A DNA stretch of 64,000 bases from the NCBI GenBank assembly GCA_035533295.1, contig DATLUA010000014.1, positions 28,534 to 92,533 on the forward strand. The letters run 5' to 3'. The stretch comes from Elusimicrobiota bacterium (GTDB taxonomy: Bacteria; Elusimicrobiota; Elusimicrobia; UBA1565; UBA9628). Position numbers and translations under genes: made by a program. The notes beneath the pieces are model-generated. The model was not told the origin of the DNA and did not search any database. It was given only the letters and a program-made list of their open reading frames with translations. This document shows positions 38,853 through 48,429 of this stretch, piece after piece (the stretch's first letter is position 1; each line of letters opens with the position of its first letter).

Positions 38853-40184
38853 TTACTCCACTTTGGCGCCGACTCGGATGCCCCAGCTTTTTATGAGCTG
38901 GTGCGCCTTGGCCGCCCGGGCCTTGCCTTCCGGGTGCTCATAGCGGGAGAGTTCTTCCCAATCGTCGGTGCCGAGATTGTGCTGGAGTGGATGCTTCTGC
39001 GCTGGAGATTTAGGGATGACCCGGAATATGTGGATATAGGGTATTTCGCCGATGTACCGGGCGTTTTTCTCGATGAATCGCAGCGTGTCGTCGAAGTCCT
39101 CTTCGGTTTCGCCCGGGAAGCCCACGATCACGTTGATGGAGGTGCTTATGTCCGCGTCGTGAGTGTCGCGCAGGGCGATTGAAGCCTCCTCCATCGTAAA
39201 GTAAGCCTTGCCGAAGGCTTTTTTCATCCGCGCCGATCCGGTCTCGATGCCGTAGCCGATGGCCCGGCACCCGGCCCGGCGCATTTTTTTGAGAAGTTCG
39301 AAGCTCGGCCGGGGGCGCAGGCTGGCCCAGAGAGAGAAGGGAATTTGCCTGCCGTCGGCGATGATGAGGTCGCTGAGCCGCGCCCACATCGCGATGTCCA
39401 TGATGCCGTTGGCGTCGCCGATGCCGAAACTGCGGATGCGCGGCATCCGTTCCATGTGATGGCGCATCTCCGCGTAGAGGTTTTCGGCTGAACGGATGCG
39501 GGCTTTCTTCATGTGCCAGAAGACGTTGCAGTACCGGCAGCGCCACATGCAGCCGCGGCTGGTGGCCAGGGGAAGCTCCTCCTCGATGCCGGAGTAATCG
39601 GAATAATCCGGGAAGGGCAATTCGTTGATGTCCTCGATTTCCGGACGCCAGCCGCCATCCACGGTGATGCCGTCCGATTTGACGATGGCGCCCGGCAGGG
39701 GCTTTATGGCGCCGGTTTTGCGGACGGCCTCCGCCATCTCCAGGAGAGTCAACTCGCCCTCGCCGCGGACCACCGCGTCCACGTTAGGATTCTGGATGTA
39801 TTGCTCCCCCATGAGGCTGCAATCGAATCCGCCGAAGACGATGGGCTTGCGCGGCGCCCGCTTTTTCACCTTTTCGGCGAGAAGAAAGCTCGCCATCTTG
39901 GTCGTTCCCCAGACCGAAAAACCAAGGATGTCTGGATCATGGGCGAGGATTCTATCAACCCAGGCGTCTACGTCCGTCCTATACTGTTGGTAAAAATCTT
40001 CCGGTTTGGCGTGGTATTGCCAGTAGGCGGAAACATCCGAGTTGGGAACTTCAACGTCATAATTCAGGTTCCAGGTGGCGGCTTCGACGTTCCCTTTAGA
40101 CTGGAGAAAGGATTTGAGATAGGCGGGCCCTATCCAATGAAATCCCCGGTTGAGGACCGGCGCCGTGACGATTAGGACGCGCAT
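38853..40184 (-). CDS. B12-binding-domain radical SAM protein (class B)
   Basis: MRVLIVTAPV N-terminus, RGEGELTLLEMA and TSRGCMWRCRYC. 443 aa. Confidence 0.85.
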   Translation of the reverse strand: MRVLIVTAPVLNRGFHWIGPAYLKSFLQSKGNVEAATWNLNYDVEVPNSDVSAYWQYHAKPEDFYQQYRTDVDAWVDRILAHDPDILGFSVWGTTKMASFLLAEKVKKRAPRKPIVFGGFDCSLMGEQYIQNPNVDAVVRGEGELTLLEMAEAVRKTGAIKPLPGAIVKSDGITVDGGWRPEIEDINELPFPDYSDYSGIEEELPLATSRGCMWRCRYCNVFWHMKKARIRSAENLYAEMRHHMERMPRIRSFGIGDANGIMDIAMWARLSDLIIADGRQIPFSLWASLRPRPSFELLKKMRRAGCRAIGYGIETGSARMKKAFGKAYFTMEEASIALRDTHDADISTSINVIVGFPGETEEDFDDTLRFIEKNARYIGEIPYIHIFRVIPKSPAQKHPLQHNLGTDDWEELSRYEHPEGKARAAKAHQLIKSWGIRVGAKVE

Positions 40185-40233
40185 AGGATTCTCCCGCGCC
40201 GCAATTCTTTCATGCCCTGGTGCGCCTGGCGCG

Positions 40234-41895
40234 TCAGCGCGGGTGACGCGATAGTTTAGCCCTTGGCGCGCCGGCGCGCAAGGCGGAGTAGGGAATCCCC
40301 GCGAGCCTGCGCATGAAAAAAACGGCGCGCGGGTCGCCCGGATTGGCCGTCAGAGCTTGGCGGAAATCTTTCAGGGCGTCGGCGCGGCGGTTCTCTTGGA
40401 TGTCGAAGAAGCCGGACTGGATATGAGGATCCGCCCATCCGGGGAAAATTAACCGAGCTTTTTTATTCGCGGCCCGGGCTTCGCCATGCCTGCCCGTGCG
40501 CCAGAGCGCCTCGGCCAAGCCGAGGAAAGCCGCCGATCGTTTTTTAGGATCAGGAAAAGCGCGGACGAAAATCGAATCGGCCTGCGCTCTTAGCTGCGGC
40601 AGATGGCGTTCCGCGAAATAGGAAAAACTCCGCCAGCCGGATGGAGCGGGTTGGGGAAGCATGTGAAAGACGTTGGCGATTTCCGAATATCTCAGCGGCG
40701 GGGAAAGCGGCGCGGAGCGGTAGGTCTTCGGTGTCAAGCCGCTCCAGCCGCGATCCATCAATTGCAAGGCGCAGAAATGAGCAAGCTCTTGGAAATTTCG
40801 GTATTTGACATGCTGGGTGTCATGGAAGTTTTTCCAGCCGGGAATGCCGTGCGGAGCTTGGTTCTCGATAATTTGCTCGGCGTCCACGAGCATCGCGCCG
40901 TCCCGGACGGCCGCCCGGCGGATGAGGCTGTTGACCGCCGTTGAGGCGCGCAGGCGCGCTGGATCAACATCTCGCGCTAAGATTAATTGTGCGTACGCTT
41001 TTTGCCAGGTGCCTTCCCGGTAAAACCAGGTTCCAAGGGTAAAATGCCAAAGGGCGGAAGGATGCGTATCTAGAGCCAGGGTCAGTAGAGTGATGGCTTC
41101 TTTCCTGTGTCCGGAATCATATTCGTAGCGAGCTTCCAAGTAAACCGGAGCAAAATCATCCCCCGCATTCGGTTGGGGTTCCACCCAAAGATTGGATGGA
41201 ACCGTCGCCAGTATCAGGGGCAGGCCGCGGGACTGGGTTTCCTCGGCCATCGTGTCGATAAAGCTTTCCAGAGCGCGCCAGCGCTTGGCGTCTTCGTAGT
41301 CTTGCTTCGGATCGAAGACGTTTAGATAGGATATGAGAGCGCTCTTGCGCGTCCATAAAATTAAACGCAGAAGCAAAGGAGACGCATCGGGATGGGAATA
41401 GTAGAGATTGTGGCCAAAGAGGAAGATCACGGCGTCCGGGGAATATTTCATGCATTCGTCAAAGCGCCGCTCGACAAGGTCGAGATCGGCGCCGCCGATG
41501 GCGCAGTTGAGAACTTGGTAATTGCCCGGAGAGGGACCGACTTTTATTTCTTGCCGGAGCGCATCGCCCAAATCGTCCGCGCTGGATTCCCCGGCGATAA
41601 GGATGCGCCGTACGTCCGGGGGCTTGTCAAGCGGCATTATTTGGCGTTTTTCCAGCTTCCAGATAGTGTCGTTTTGAACGAGGGAGGGGCGTCCGCCGAT
41701 GGTTTTAATTTTAAAAAGCGGTTTGGTGCTTTCCCTGAGATATGTCAGGTAGTCCGCCGTAAGCGGCTGACGCTGTCTGCCGGGTCCGTAACAGCGCGCG
41801 ATCCACTCGGCCTCGCACAGCAGGCCTATGGTCAATGCGGCGGCGATGAGCGAAAGGGATATCTTAAGGGCGTGGCGCTGGAATCGGCTAGGCAC
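40234..41895 (-). CDS. membrane-anchored SGNH-hydrolase-like protein with C-terminal TPR-like region (paralog of 34231)
   Basis: ILIAGESSADD, IFLFGHNLYY and FHDTQHV blocks. Same architecture and collinear similarity to the protein at 34231-35865. Confidence 0.7.
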   Translation of the reverse strand: MPSRFQRHALKISLSLIAAALTIGLLCEAEWIARCYGPGRQRQPLTADYLTYLRESTKPLFKIKTIGGRPSLVQNDTIWKLEKRQIMPLDKPPDVRRILIAGESSADDLGDALRQEIKVGPSPGNYQVLNCAIGGADLDLVERRFDECMKYSPDAVIFLFGHNLYYSHPDASPLLLRLILWTRKSALISYLNVFDPKQDYEDAKRWRALESFIDTMAEETQSRGLPLILATVPSNLWVEPQPNAGDDFAPVYLEARYEYDSGHRKEAITLLTLALDTHPSALWHFTLGTWFYREGTWQKAYAQLILARDVDPARLRASTAVNSLIRRAAVRDGAMLVDAEQIIENQAPHGIPGWKNFHDTQHVKYRNFQELAHFCALQLMDRGWSGLTPKTYRSAPLSPPLRYSEIANVFHMLPQPAPSGWRSFSYFAERHLPQLRAQADSIFVRAFPDPKKRSAAFLGLAEALWRTGRHGEARAANKKARLIFPGWADPHIQSGFFDIQENRRADALKDFRQALTANPGDPRAVFFMRRLAGIPYSALRAGAPRAKLSRHPR

Positions 41896-41900
41896 GAGCG

Positions 41901-43838
41901 CTAATCCGCTAATTCCCGAAGCTCGGGAAAGACGTCGGCGAAGCGTTCGCCGCGCAGGGCGTCAAGCTTCGCCGTGATTTCCTGAAACCGGAGGCGCTCC
42001 TCGGGAAGATCGCGAGCCATCATGAACTCCACGGCTCCATTAATGTAATCAACAGCCGCGCTCGCTTCGTGCCCGAAAGGAGCCAGAACCGTCTCAATGT
42101 GGCGGGCGTATTTCTCCCGGACGCGCTCCTTCAGGCTCGGGGGCAGTATCTGCAGTTGGTAGTGCTCGGGAGTCATGACCAAGTTGATGACCATGTTTTT
42201 AGCGAGGACGTAGCCTTTTTCCAGCCAGTCTTTTTGAAGATCCGGCAGGCAGAGCGAGTTAAGCGCGCTCAAGGTCGAGATCAAGTTGAGCTGGGCGCGT
42301 GGGCAGACGCGCGCCATGTGCTCGCGGTTGGCCAGGATGTCCTCCCATTTCTGCCCTTTGCGGATGTATTCTCCCCGCCGGCCCATGGCGTCGATGGAGG
42401 CGCCGACATGCACGGTTTCGAATTTGTCCCAGAGGGCGAAGATGTCGTGATCCTGGAAATGGGTCATGGAGAAATTGGTGCTGTAGAGAAGCCGCACGTG
42501 AAAGAGCTTGCGCTTGACGAGGAAATCCAGAATTCGGAAATGCTCCTCCATCAATAGGGGCTCGCCGCCGGCGAAGTAAATTTCCTCCAAGTCCGGCAGC
42601 AGCTTTTCGATTTGCGTCCAGAGCGCGTCCGACTCACCGGGCCGCAAGAGGGCCATCGTCTCGCTTTGTTTCCCCGTGAGCGCCGCGTAATCAGCGTGCC
42701 AGGAACTGCTGAAGATCGGGCCGCACATGCGGCAGCGGAAGTTGCAGACGTTGGAGAAGCGAAAATCCAGGTAGAAAAGCTTAAACGGCTCGACCGTGCC
42801 GTCGGGCTTCGTGTGTTCGGCGAGGCCGTATCGGTGAGGGAAATTCTTGTTCATCCGTTGCCTCTGGCTGGGCGATCCGTGGGACTCGGCCTCGTAGCAC
42901 CGCGAGCAGGCCGAGCTTCGTTCGCCGCGAAGCATGTTGAGCCGCAGCTGCCTCTCGCTTTCCGAGTTCCAAAGCTCCGGGAGGGAGTCTTTCTTGAGAT
43001 TGCCCAGAGGCGGCGCCTTCCACGTCGCGCAGCACGGGTAGACGTTCCCGTCCGGCCACGCGCTCAAGTGCATCCAGGGCAGGATGCAAAAGACCTTCGA
43101 ATCCCTGAGGCGTTGGGCGGCCCGCTGCGTCCAGCGGGGGGACTGCTTGTCCATTTCATCCGGAGCGGGGGCGGAGCGGGCGCCGGATTTGAGCAGGGCG
43201 TACTGATACCATAGCTTGGCTTCATGCAGAGCGGATGCAGCGTCGACGGGATGGTTCTTGAACGCCTCATTGCCATCGGAAAAAAGACGGTCCATGGCTT
43301 GGATATTCATGCGCTCTGAGGCCTTTAGGTACCAGAAGCGGGCCTTTTCAATGTCTTTCTCGACTCCTTTCCCATCGAGATATAAATCTCCGAGGATGCC
43401 TTGGGTTTTGGCGTGCCCAAGGCGCGCCGCCCGGCCGTACCAGCGTGCGGCGCGCGCATCGTCGATAGGGACGGCGATGCCGTAGCGGCAGTGATTGCCG
43501 AACAGCGCGAACGTTTCGGCGTAATAAGCCAGGCGTTCCTTCCGATCCGCGGGCGCGCAGCGGCGGTACCATTTGAACGCTGTTGAAAAGCTTTGCTCGA
43601 CGCCGTTGCCGTTGCGATAAAGATCGCCCAGGGCCTTTTGGGCGTCCGGAAAGTTCAGCCTGGCGGCGCGCTCATACCAGCGCCTAGCTTCCTGCGCATC
43701 GGCCGGAACGGACTCCCCGGACAAATAAAGGCGCCCAAGGATGACGCAAGCTCTCGGATCGTCGGCTTTCGCGGCGCGGCTGATTTCCTCGATGGCGGCC
43801 TGCTTTAGCGCGTCGCCGCTTTCTTGAGGCTGGGTCAT
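41901..43838 (-). CDS. Sel1-repeat + N-terminally placed SPASM-like Cys motif + radical SAM protein
   Basis: Sel1-like repeats (ARRWYERAARLNFPDAQKALGDLY, ARFWYLKASE) are followed by FCILPWMHLSAWPDGNVYPCC...ELWNSESE...CSRCYEAE, a SPASM-type motif. Downstream are FRFSNVCNFRCRMCG and GGEPLLM. Start taken at M24 (43838), which abuts the upstream stop; M1 at 43907 is an alternative. Confidence 0.75.
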   Translation of the reverse strand: MTQPQESGDALKQAAIEEISRAAKADDPRACVILGRLYLSGESVPADAQEARRWYERAARLNFPDAQKALGDLYRNGNGVEQSFSTAFKWYRRCAPADRKERLAYYAETFALFGNHCRYGIAVPIDDARAARWYGRAARLGHAKTQGILGDLYLDGKGVEKDIEKARFWYLKASERMNIQAMDRLFSDGNEAFKNHPVDAASALHEAKLWYQYALLKSGARSAPAPDEMDKQSPRWTQRAAQRLRDSKVFCILPWMHLSAWPDGNVYPCCATWKAPPLGNLKKDSLPELWNSESERQLRLNMLRGERSSACSRCYEAESHGSPSQRQRMNKNFPHRYGLAEHTKPDGTVEPFKLFYLDFRFSNVCNFRCRMCGPIFSSSWHADYAALTGKQSETMALLRPGESDALWTQIEKLLPDLEEIYFAGGEPLLMEEHFRILDFLVKRKLFHVRLLYSTNFSMTHFQDHDIFALWDKFETVHVGASIDAMGRRGEYIRKGQKWEDILANREHMARVCPRAQLNLISTLSALNSLCLPDLQKDWLEKGYVLAKNMVINLVMTPEHYQLQILPPSLKERVREKYARHIETVLAPFGHEASAAVDYINGAVEFMMARDLPEERLRFQEITAKLDALRGERFADVFPELRELAD

Positions 43839-43839
43839 C

Positions 43840-44787
43840 TCATTCGGGCGCGCACGAGGTCCAAGGCGAGGCGTACTTTCCGATGTTGTTGAGTATATAG
43901 CGGACATGTTTGGCTCCGGCGGAATTCCCAGCCCTACTGTAATCCGAAAGAGCCTTGTGCCAAAAAGCCTCCGCCTTGGCCGTGTCGCCGCAGGCCGCCT
44001 CCGCCGCGCCCATTTTCAGCAGGATGTCCATCGCGTGCGTGGATTGCGGATTGCAGGCGAGGAGCGTCAAGTCTCCCCGGCCTGCTTGGCGCGCCGTGGA
44101 CCAGTCGTCCATGCCTTCCCATATATCAAGGGCCATCGCGGCCGCCGCGATGGCGTCCGAGCAGTCCGACGGCGTCGCGAATTCGCGTCGATTTTTTTTA
44201 AGCGACGCCTGGAGCGCGGAGAGTCGGGTGCTGGCCTCTTTCGGCCGCCCCGCGGCGACGGCGTGCTGCGCTTGGCCAAGGCGTAGAATCGCCTTTTCTA
44301 ATGCGGTGCAGCCAGGGGAGGATGAGCACCGTTGGCGAGCGTCGGTCAGGGCGTGCTCTGCCTCGGATTTTTGCCCCAGGGCATCCAGAATTTCGGCCCG
44401 ATGAATGATGATCCAGGCCCACATCGGGGAGAATGAGCCGCAGTCCTGGGCCGCCTGCTCCAGCAAACCCGCCGCCTTCTTTTGTTCGCCGGAAGCGGCG
44501 TAAACTTGGGCCAGGCGCTGGAGGGAGTCGGCGTAGTCGCTTCCGGACTGGCGGCCTTCTTCGCGGTAAAGGCGCAGGGCGGTCTTGAACTCTTGTTCGG
44601 CTTGCGGGAGTTCGCCGGCTCCCAGCGCGATTTCGCCGGCGCGCTGGTGGGCCAGGGGGTCGCCTGCGGTGCTGGGCGAAAAAGGGAAGAGATGGAAAAA
44701 GCGCAGGGTTAACGCTAGAAGCGCGGCCAGGATGGCGAAGGAAATTATCGAGCGGGGAAAGCGCCTCATTAACGGCAATTTTCTCAT
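43840..44787 (-). CDS. membrane-anchored TPR-like protein
   Basis: N-terminal TM helix (IISFAILAALLALTL) and helical A/L/E/Q-rich repeats. Confidence 0.6.
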   Translation of the reverse strand: MRKLPLMRRFPRSIISFAILAALLALTLRFFHLFPFSPSTAGDPLAHQRAGEIALGAGELPQAEQEFKTALRLYREEGRQSGSDYADSLQRLAQVYAASGEQKKAAGLLEQAAQDCGSFSPMWAWIIIHRAEILDALGQKSEAEHALTDARQRCSSSPGCTALEKAILRLGQAQHAVAAGRPKEASTRLSALQASLKKNRREFATPSDCSDAIAAAAMALDIWEGMDDWSTARQAGRGDLTLLACNPQSTHAMDILLKMGAAEAACGDTAKAEAFWHKALSDYSRAGNSAGAKHVRYILNNIGKYASPWTSCAPE

Positions 44788-44815
44788 ATATGGGATGGCG
44801 GTTTCAAACTAGATT

Positions 44816-46426
44816 TTAAGAGGCTTCGGAACGCGCTTCTTTTTGCAGAAAAGGCCAATAAGCGCGAAAAAACGCTTCCGGAGGCTCGGCGTTGACCTCC
44901 GCTTCCGGGCGCGAGAGCCACTCCGATTCCAGCCGCTTGATCCACGGTTCTGAGCCGGGAAATCGAACGCGGTAGCGTTCGAGAAGCGCGTCCGCGTCTT
45001 GGGCATCCAGGGGAGAGCCTTCGGCAAGATAAAGGCGCGGGCCTAGAACACGGCTTAAAAGGAAGAAAATTCTGTAGGCATTGTGCCCGGTCTCGGGGTC
45101 GAGAGCCAGCGCCCGGGTGGAAAGGTTGAGCGCCGCAGCCGTTTGACGGGCCAGCGTGGTCATTTCCGCGTGATCGGGCGCGAAAAGCCTGCGCGCGTCC
45201 ACGTTCCACTGCAGACGGTAATACTGATTCCAAATCGGGTGTCTGCGGCTGTGCTTTAGAAGCCAAATCCGGCCGGGAGTTCCCGGCGGCCCGAGGCCGT
45301 GCGCTAGAAACGGAGAGTCCAGAAAGGGGCTGTAAAGGAGGCCTTGCAGAATATTGTAGGTGAACGCCCATCCGGGGGCCGAGAAGGCGTTCTCGCGCAG
45401 ATGCCACCGATCCATGCGGGCGGCCAGGATTTTGAATTTCTGCTGGGATGGGGGCCGATCTAGAACGATAAACCAGCGAAACAGATTGTCCATGAAAAGG
45501 CCGCAGCCGCCGGGAATATCCAGGGCGGCGAGCGTTCGTGCGCGGCGGCTCCAGAGGGCAAAATTCGGATCGGGAGATCCGACCAGGTCGTACCATTCGC
45601 CCGCATTGGGTGATTGTAACGGAAGCCGTCGCCCAATCGAATCGGAGAAATGCCGGACGCAGGTCTCGTCCGCGAAGATCATGGCCGCGAGCAGAAGTTC
45701 GAACGCCTCGTTTCTGCCGATTTTTTCGGGTCGTTCCAGAGTTCTAGCCGTTTTAGCGGAGACATGGGAGCCGATAACGGCCAGGTATTCTCTCCGAGTC
45801 GGAATGTTTTGGGCGCGTTCCATTGCCGCTTGGCCGTGGCGGAAAACATCAATGAAGAATTTGGATGCCTTGAACCCGAATTCGGGAGGCTCTTTTTTTT
45901 CGGCGGCTCCGAAATAAGTTTGAGCCAGGGATAAATAGGCGGCGAGAGATTCTTGAAGATGAAAAAGCCCGAGGCCGGATTTCGCGGCGGCGGACTCTTT
46001 GATTTTCGCTGGGCGGCCGCTGGCAATTTTCCACCCCGGCATTTCATGCGCCCTCCATCCTCCCGCGTGGGTGTAGCCGTCAAGCTCGCGCGGCTCCGCA
46101 ATCTGAAGTTCGCCGAAAAAAGGGAAAATACGCTTGAAGCCGAGGTAAAGCCTCCAAAGCTTCAGGACGGCTTCGGCGCCGTCATCGTCCACGGCGGCGA
46201 GCAAGTCGATATCGCTGATCCCAGGGAGCCACTCCCGGCCGGCCATCCCGCGGCGAAGGTAAAGGGCGCCCCGTCCTTTGAAATTCAAGCGGAAAGCCAC
46301 AGAAAACAGCCCAAGAGCGCCACGATAGACGGCCCGATACAAGCCCAGGGAAACCGGCCGGTTCCGGGCCCGGATGGCCGCGGCTCGGATGGTCGCAATG
46401 AAGCGGCTTCGAAAATTCTCAGGCAT
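44816..46426 (-). CDS. nucleotidyltransferase-domain-like large protein (hypothetical)
   Basis: 536 aa. GISDIDLLAAVDDD resembles the S-D-h-D-h catalytic signature of pol-beta-type nucleotidyltransferases. The remainder is helical with no other motif recognised. It is the first gene of the minus operon and is preceded by an AT-rich divergent region. Confidence 0.5.
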   Translation of the reverse strand: MPENFRSRFIATIRAAAIRARNRPVSLGLYRAVYRGALGLFSVAFRLNFKGRGALYLRRGMAGREWLPGISDIDLLAAVDDDGAEAVLKLWRLYLGFKRIFPFFGELQIAEPRELDGYTHAGGWRAHEMPGWKIASGRPAKIKESAAAKSGLGLFHLQESLAAYLSLAQTYFGAAEKKEPPEFGFKASKFFIDVFRHGQAAMERAQNIPTRREYLAVIGSHVSAKTARTLERPEKIGRNEAFELLLAAMIFADETCVRHFSDSIGRRLPLQSPNAGEWYDLVGSPDPNFALWSRRARTLAALDIPGGCGLFMDNLFRWFIVLDRPPSQQKFKILAARMDRWHLRENAFSAPGWAFTYNILQGLLYSPFLDSPFLAHGLGPPGTPGRIWLLKHSRRHPIWNQYYRLQWNVDARRLFAPDHAEMTTLARQTAAALNLSTRALALDPETGHNAYRIFFLLSRVLGPRLYLAEGSPLDAQDADALLERYRVRFPGSEPWIKRLESEWLSRPEAEVNAEPPEAFFRAYWPFLQKEARSEAS

Positions 46427-46491
46427 TTGAAGACGGCGTAAAATAGTATACTTATCTCTCTAGAAAATAAAGCGGAAGCCAAAAACTAAAG

Positions 46492-47307
46492 ATGAAAACC
46501 GCGCCCATCGCAAGCTTGGTCATTCTTTGCCATAACGACGGGGACTATTTGAAAGAGTGCCTGCAAAACGTCTCCAGGCATGCTAAAGTTCCCTACGAAG
46601 TCATTATCGTGGACAACGCCAGCGCCGGCGCTTCCGCCAAGTATGTGAAAAGCCTCGTCCGCCGGACCGCCTTCACGGTCATCCGCAACAAGGAAAACCT
46701 CTATTTCGCGGCAGGCAACAACCAGGGCATCGAAGCGGCGCGGGGCAAGTACGTCGTGCTTTTAAACGCCGACGCCGTTGTCGGCCCGGGTTGGCTTGAA
46801 CTTATGATCCGTTGCGCCGAGCGTGACAAAAAAATCGGCTTGGTCGCTCCGCGCACCAACGGCGCGACCAGCGTGCAGCTGGTCGAGAATCCGGGCTACG
46901 GCTCCGTCGCGGAATTCCCCGCTTTCGCCCGGCAGTGGGCCCGGCGCCATCGGGGCAAAAGCTTCGCGGCCCATCGGCTTATCGCGTTTTGTCTGCTCAT
47001 CAAGCGGGAAATTATCGAAACGGTCGGTCTTTTGGACGAGCGTTTCGGCCCCGGCGGCTATGAGGATTACGACTACTGCCTGCGGGTCCAGCAGGCAGGT
47101 TACAAGACGGTCGTGGCCCAAGATGTATTCGTCCACCACTACGGCGGCAAGGGCTACTCGAACATGGACTACGATCATCACCGCCGCCTTAATCGGGAGC
47201 TTCTGGCCCGCAAATGGTCGCGCCATGCCTTCCACGTTCTTGACGACATGGACGGCGTGCGCATGGCCCTGACGCGCGAGGCCGCTGACGCTCCGTCGGG
47301 AGCTTAA
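46492..47307 (+). CDS. GT2 family glycosyltransferase
   Basis: VILCHNDGDYL, VDNAS, DAD (LLNADAV) and YEDYDYCLRVQQAGYKTV. Confidence 0.85.
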   Translation: MKTAPIASLVILCHNDGDYLKECLQNVSRHAKVPYEVIIVDNASAGASAKYVKSLVRRTAFTVIRNKENLYFAAGNNQGIEAARGKYVVLLNADAVVGPGWLELMIRCAERDKKIGLVAPRTNGATSVQLVENPGYGSVAEFPAFARQWARRHRGKSFAAHRLIAFCLLIKREIIETVGLLDERFGPGGYEDYDYCLRVQQAGYKTVVAQDVFVHHYGGKGYSNMDYDHHRRLNRELLARKWSRHAFHVLDDMDGVRMALTREAADAPSGA

Positions 47308-47316
47308 GCGTCGGGC

Positions 47317-48429
47317 ATGCCCCCTACTCGTCCTGAGGTCGAAAGCTCTCCGGCGACGGTCTTCGCCAAGGACAAGATTTACGGCCATATGGACCGGGTC
47401 CGCGAATGGGTCCAGACCGGCCTTTCCCGCCCCGTCACCATCGAGATGGACCTCACCAATCTGTGCAATCAGAAGTGTCCGCACTGCTTCGGCTACGCGC
47501 CTGAGCGGGATGCGGCGCGCATGCACTTGGAGGAAGCCAAGCGCATCATCTCCCAGATTAAAGAGGTCGGCGCGCGCGGCCTGACGTTCACGGGCGGCGG
47601 CGATCCTCTAGTGAGCCCCATTTGCCTGCCCTGCGTCGAGCACGCCCGCTCCCTGGGCCTGGACGTGGGCTTTATCACCAACGCGCAGGCCCTGACCGAG
47701 GCGCACGCGCGGACGCTCTTGTCCTGCTGCCAGTGGCTGCGCGTGAGCATCGACGCCGCCACCCCGGAAGTGTTCATGAAGACGCACGGGATGGATGAAA
47801 AAATGTTCCGCAAAGTGCTGGACAATGTCCGGCTCCTGGCGCGCATCAAGCGCGAGACGGCCTCCGCTTGCACCTTGGGCGTCGGATTTTTGACCAGCCC
47901 CGAGACCAAGAAGGACATCTACGCTTTCGCCGAACTGGGCCTTGATTCGGGCGTGGATTACGCGCAGTACCGGCCTCTCCTGCGCCGCCACGGCGCGGCG
48001 GACGTGGACTATTCCGATCCGGAAATTCTCTCAGAGATGCGCCGAGCCGCGGCCTTGTCGACCGCGGCTTACCGCGTGGTTTCTTCCGAGCACAAATACG
48101 AGCTCATCGCCCGAGGCGAGCTCGAGCGGGACTATAAGAAATGCTACGGCCAGCATTTCGCGGCGGTTGTCTCCGCGGACAAGAAAATGTATGTCTGCTG
48201 CCACATGCGCGGCGTGGAGAAATACTGCCTGGGCGACTTGTCCAAGCAAAGCTTGAATGAGATTTGGTCATCCGAACACCGGAAAAAAGTGGCGGAGAGC
48301 GTGGACTTCAAGGATTGCCCCCCGTTGTGCCGCTGCGATTCCTTTAATACGATTCTCTGGAAAATAAAGGAAGAAGGCGCGCCGGCGGATTCGGACCCGC
48401 AGCCGCGCGCGCATCCGAACTTCATTTGA
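47317..48429 (+). CDS. radical SAM/SPASM domain protein
   Basis: CNQKCPHC and C-terminal SPASM (KKMYVCCHM...LNEIWSSEH...CPPLCRCDS). Confidence 0.85.
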   Translation: MPPTRPEVESSPATVFAKDKIYGHMDRVREWVQTGLSRPVTIEMDLTNLCNQKCPHCFGYAPERDAARMHLEEAKRIISQIKEVGARGLTFTGGGDPLVSPICLPCVEHARSLGLDVGFITNAQALTEAHARTLLSCCQWLRVSIDAATPEVFMKTHGMDEKMFRKVLDNVRLLARIKRETASACTLGVGFLTSPETKKDIYAFAELGLDSGVDYAQYRPLLRRHGAADVDYSDPEILSEMRRAAALSTAAYRVVSSEHKYELIARGELERDYKKCYGQHFAAVVSADKKMYVCCHMRGVEKYCLGDLSKQSLNEIWSSEHRKKVAESVDFKDCPPLCRCDSFNTILWKIKEEGAPADSDPQPRAHPNFI

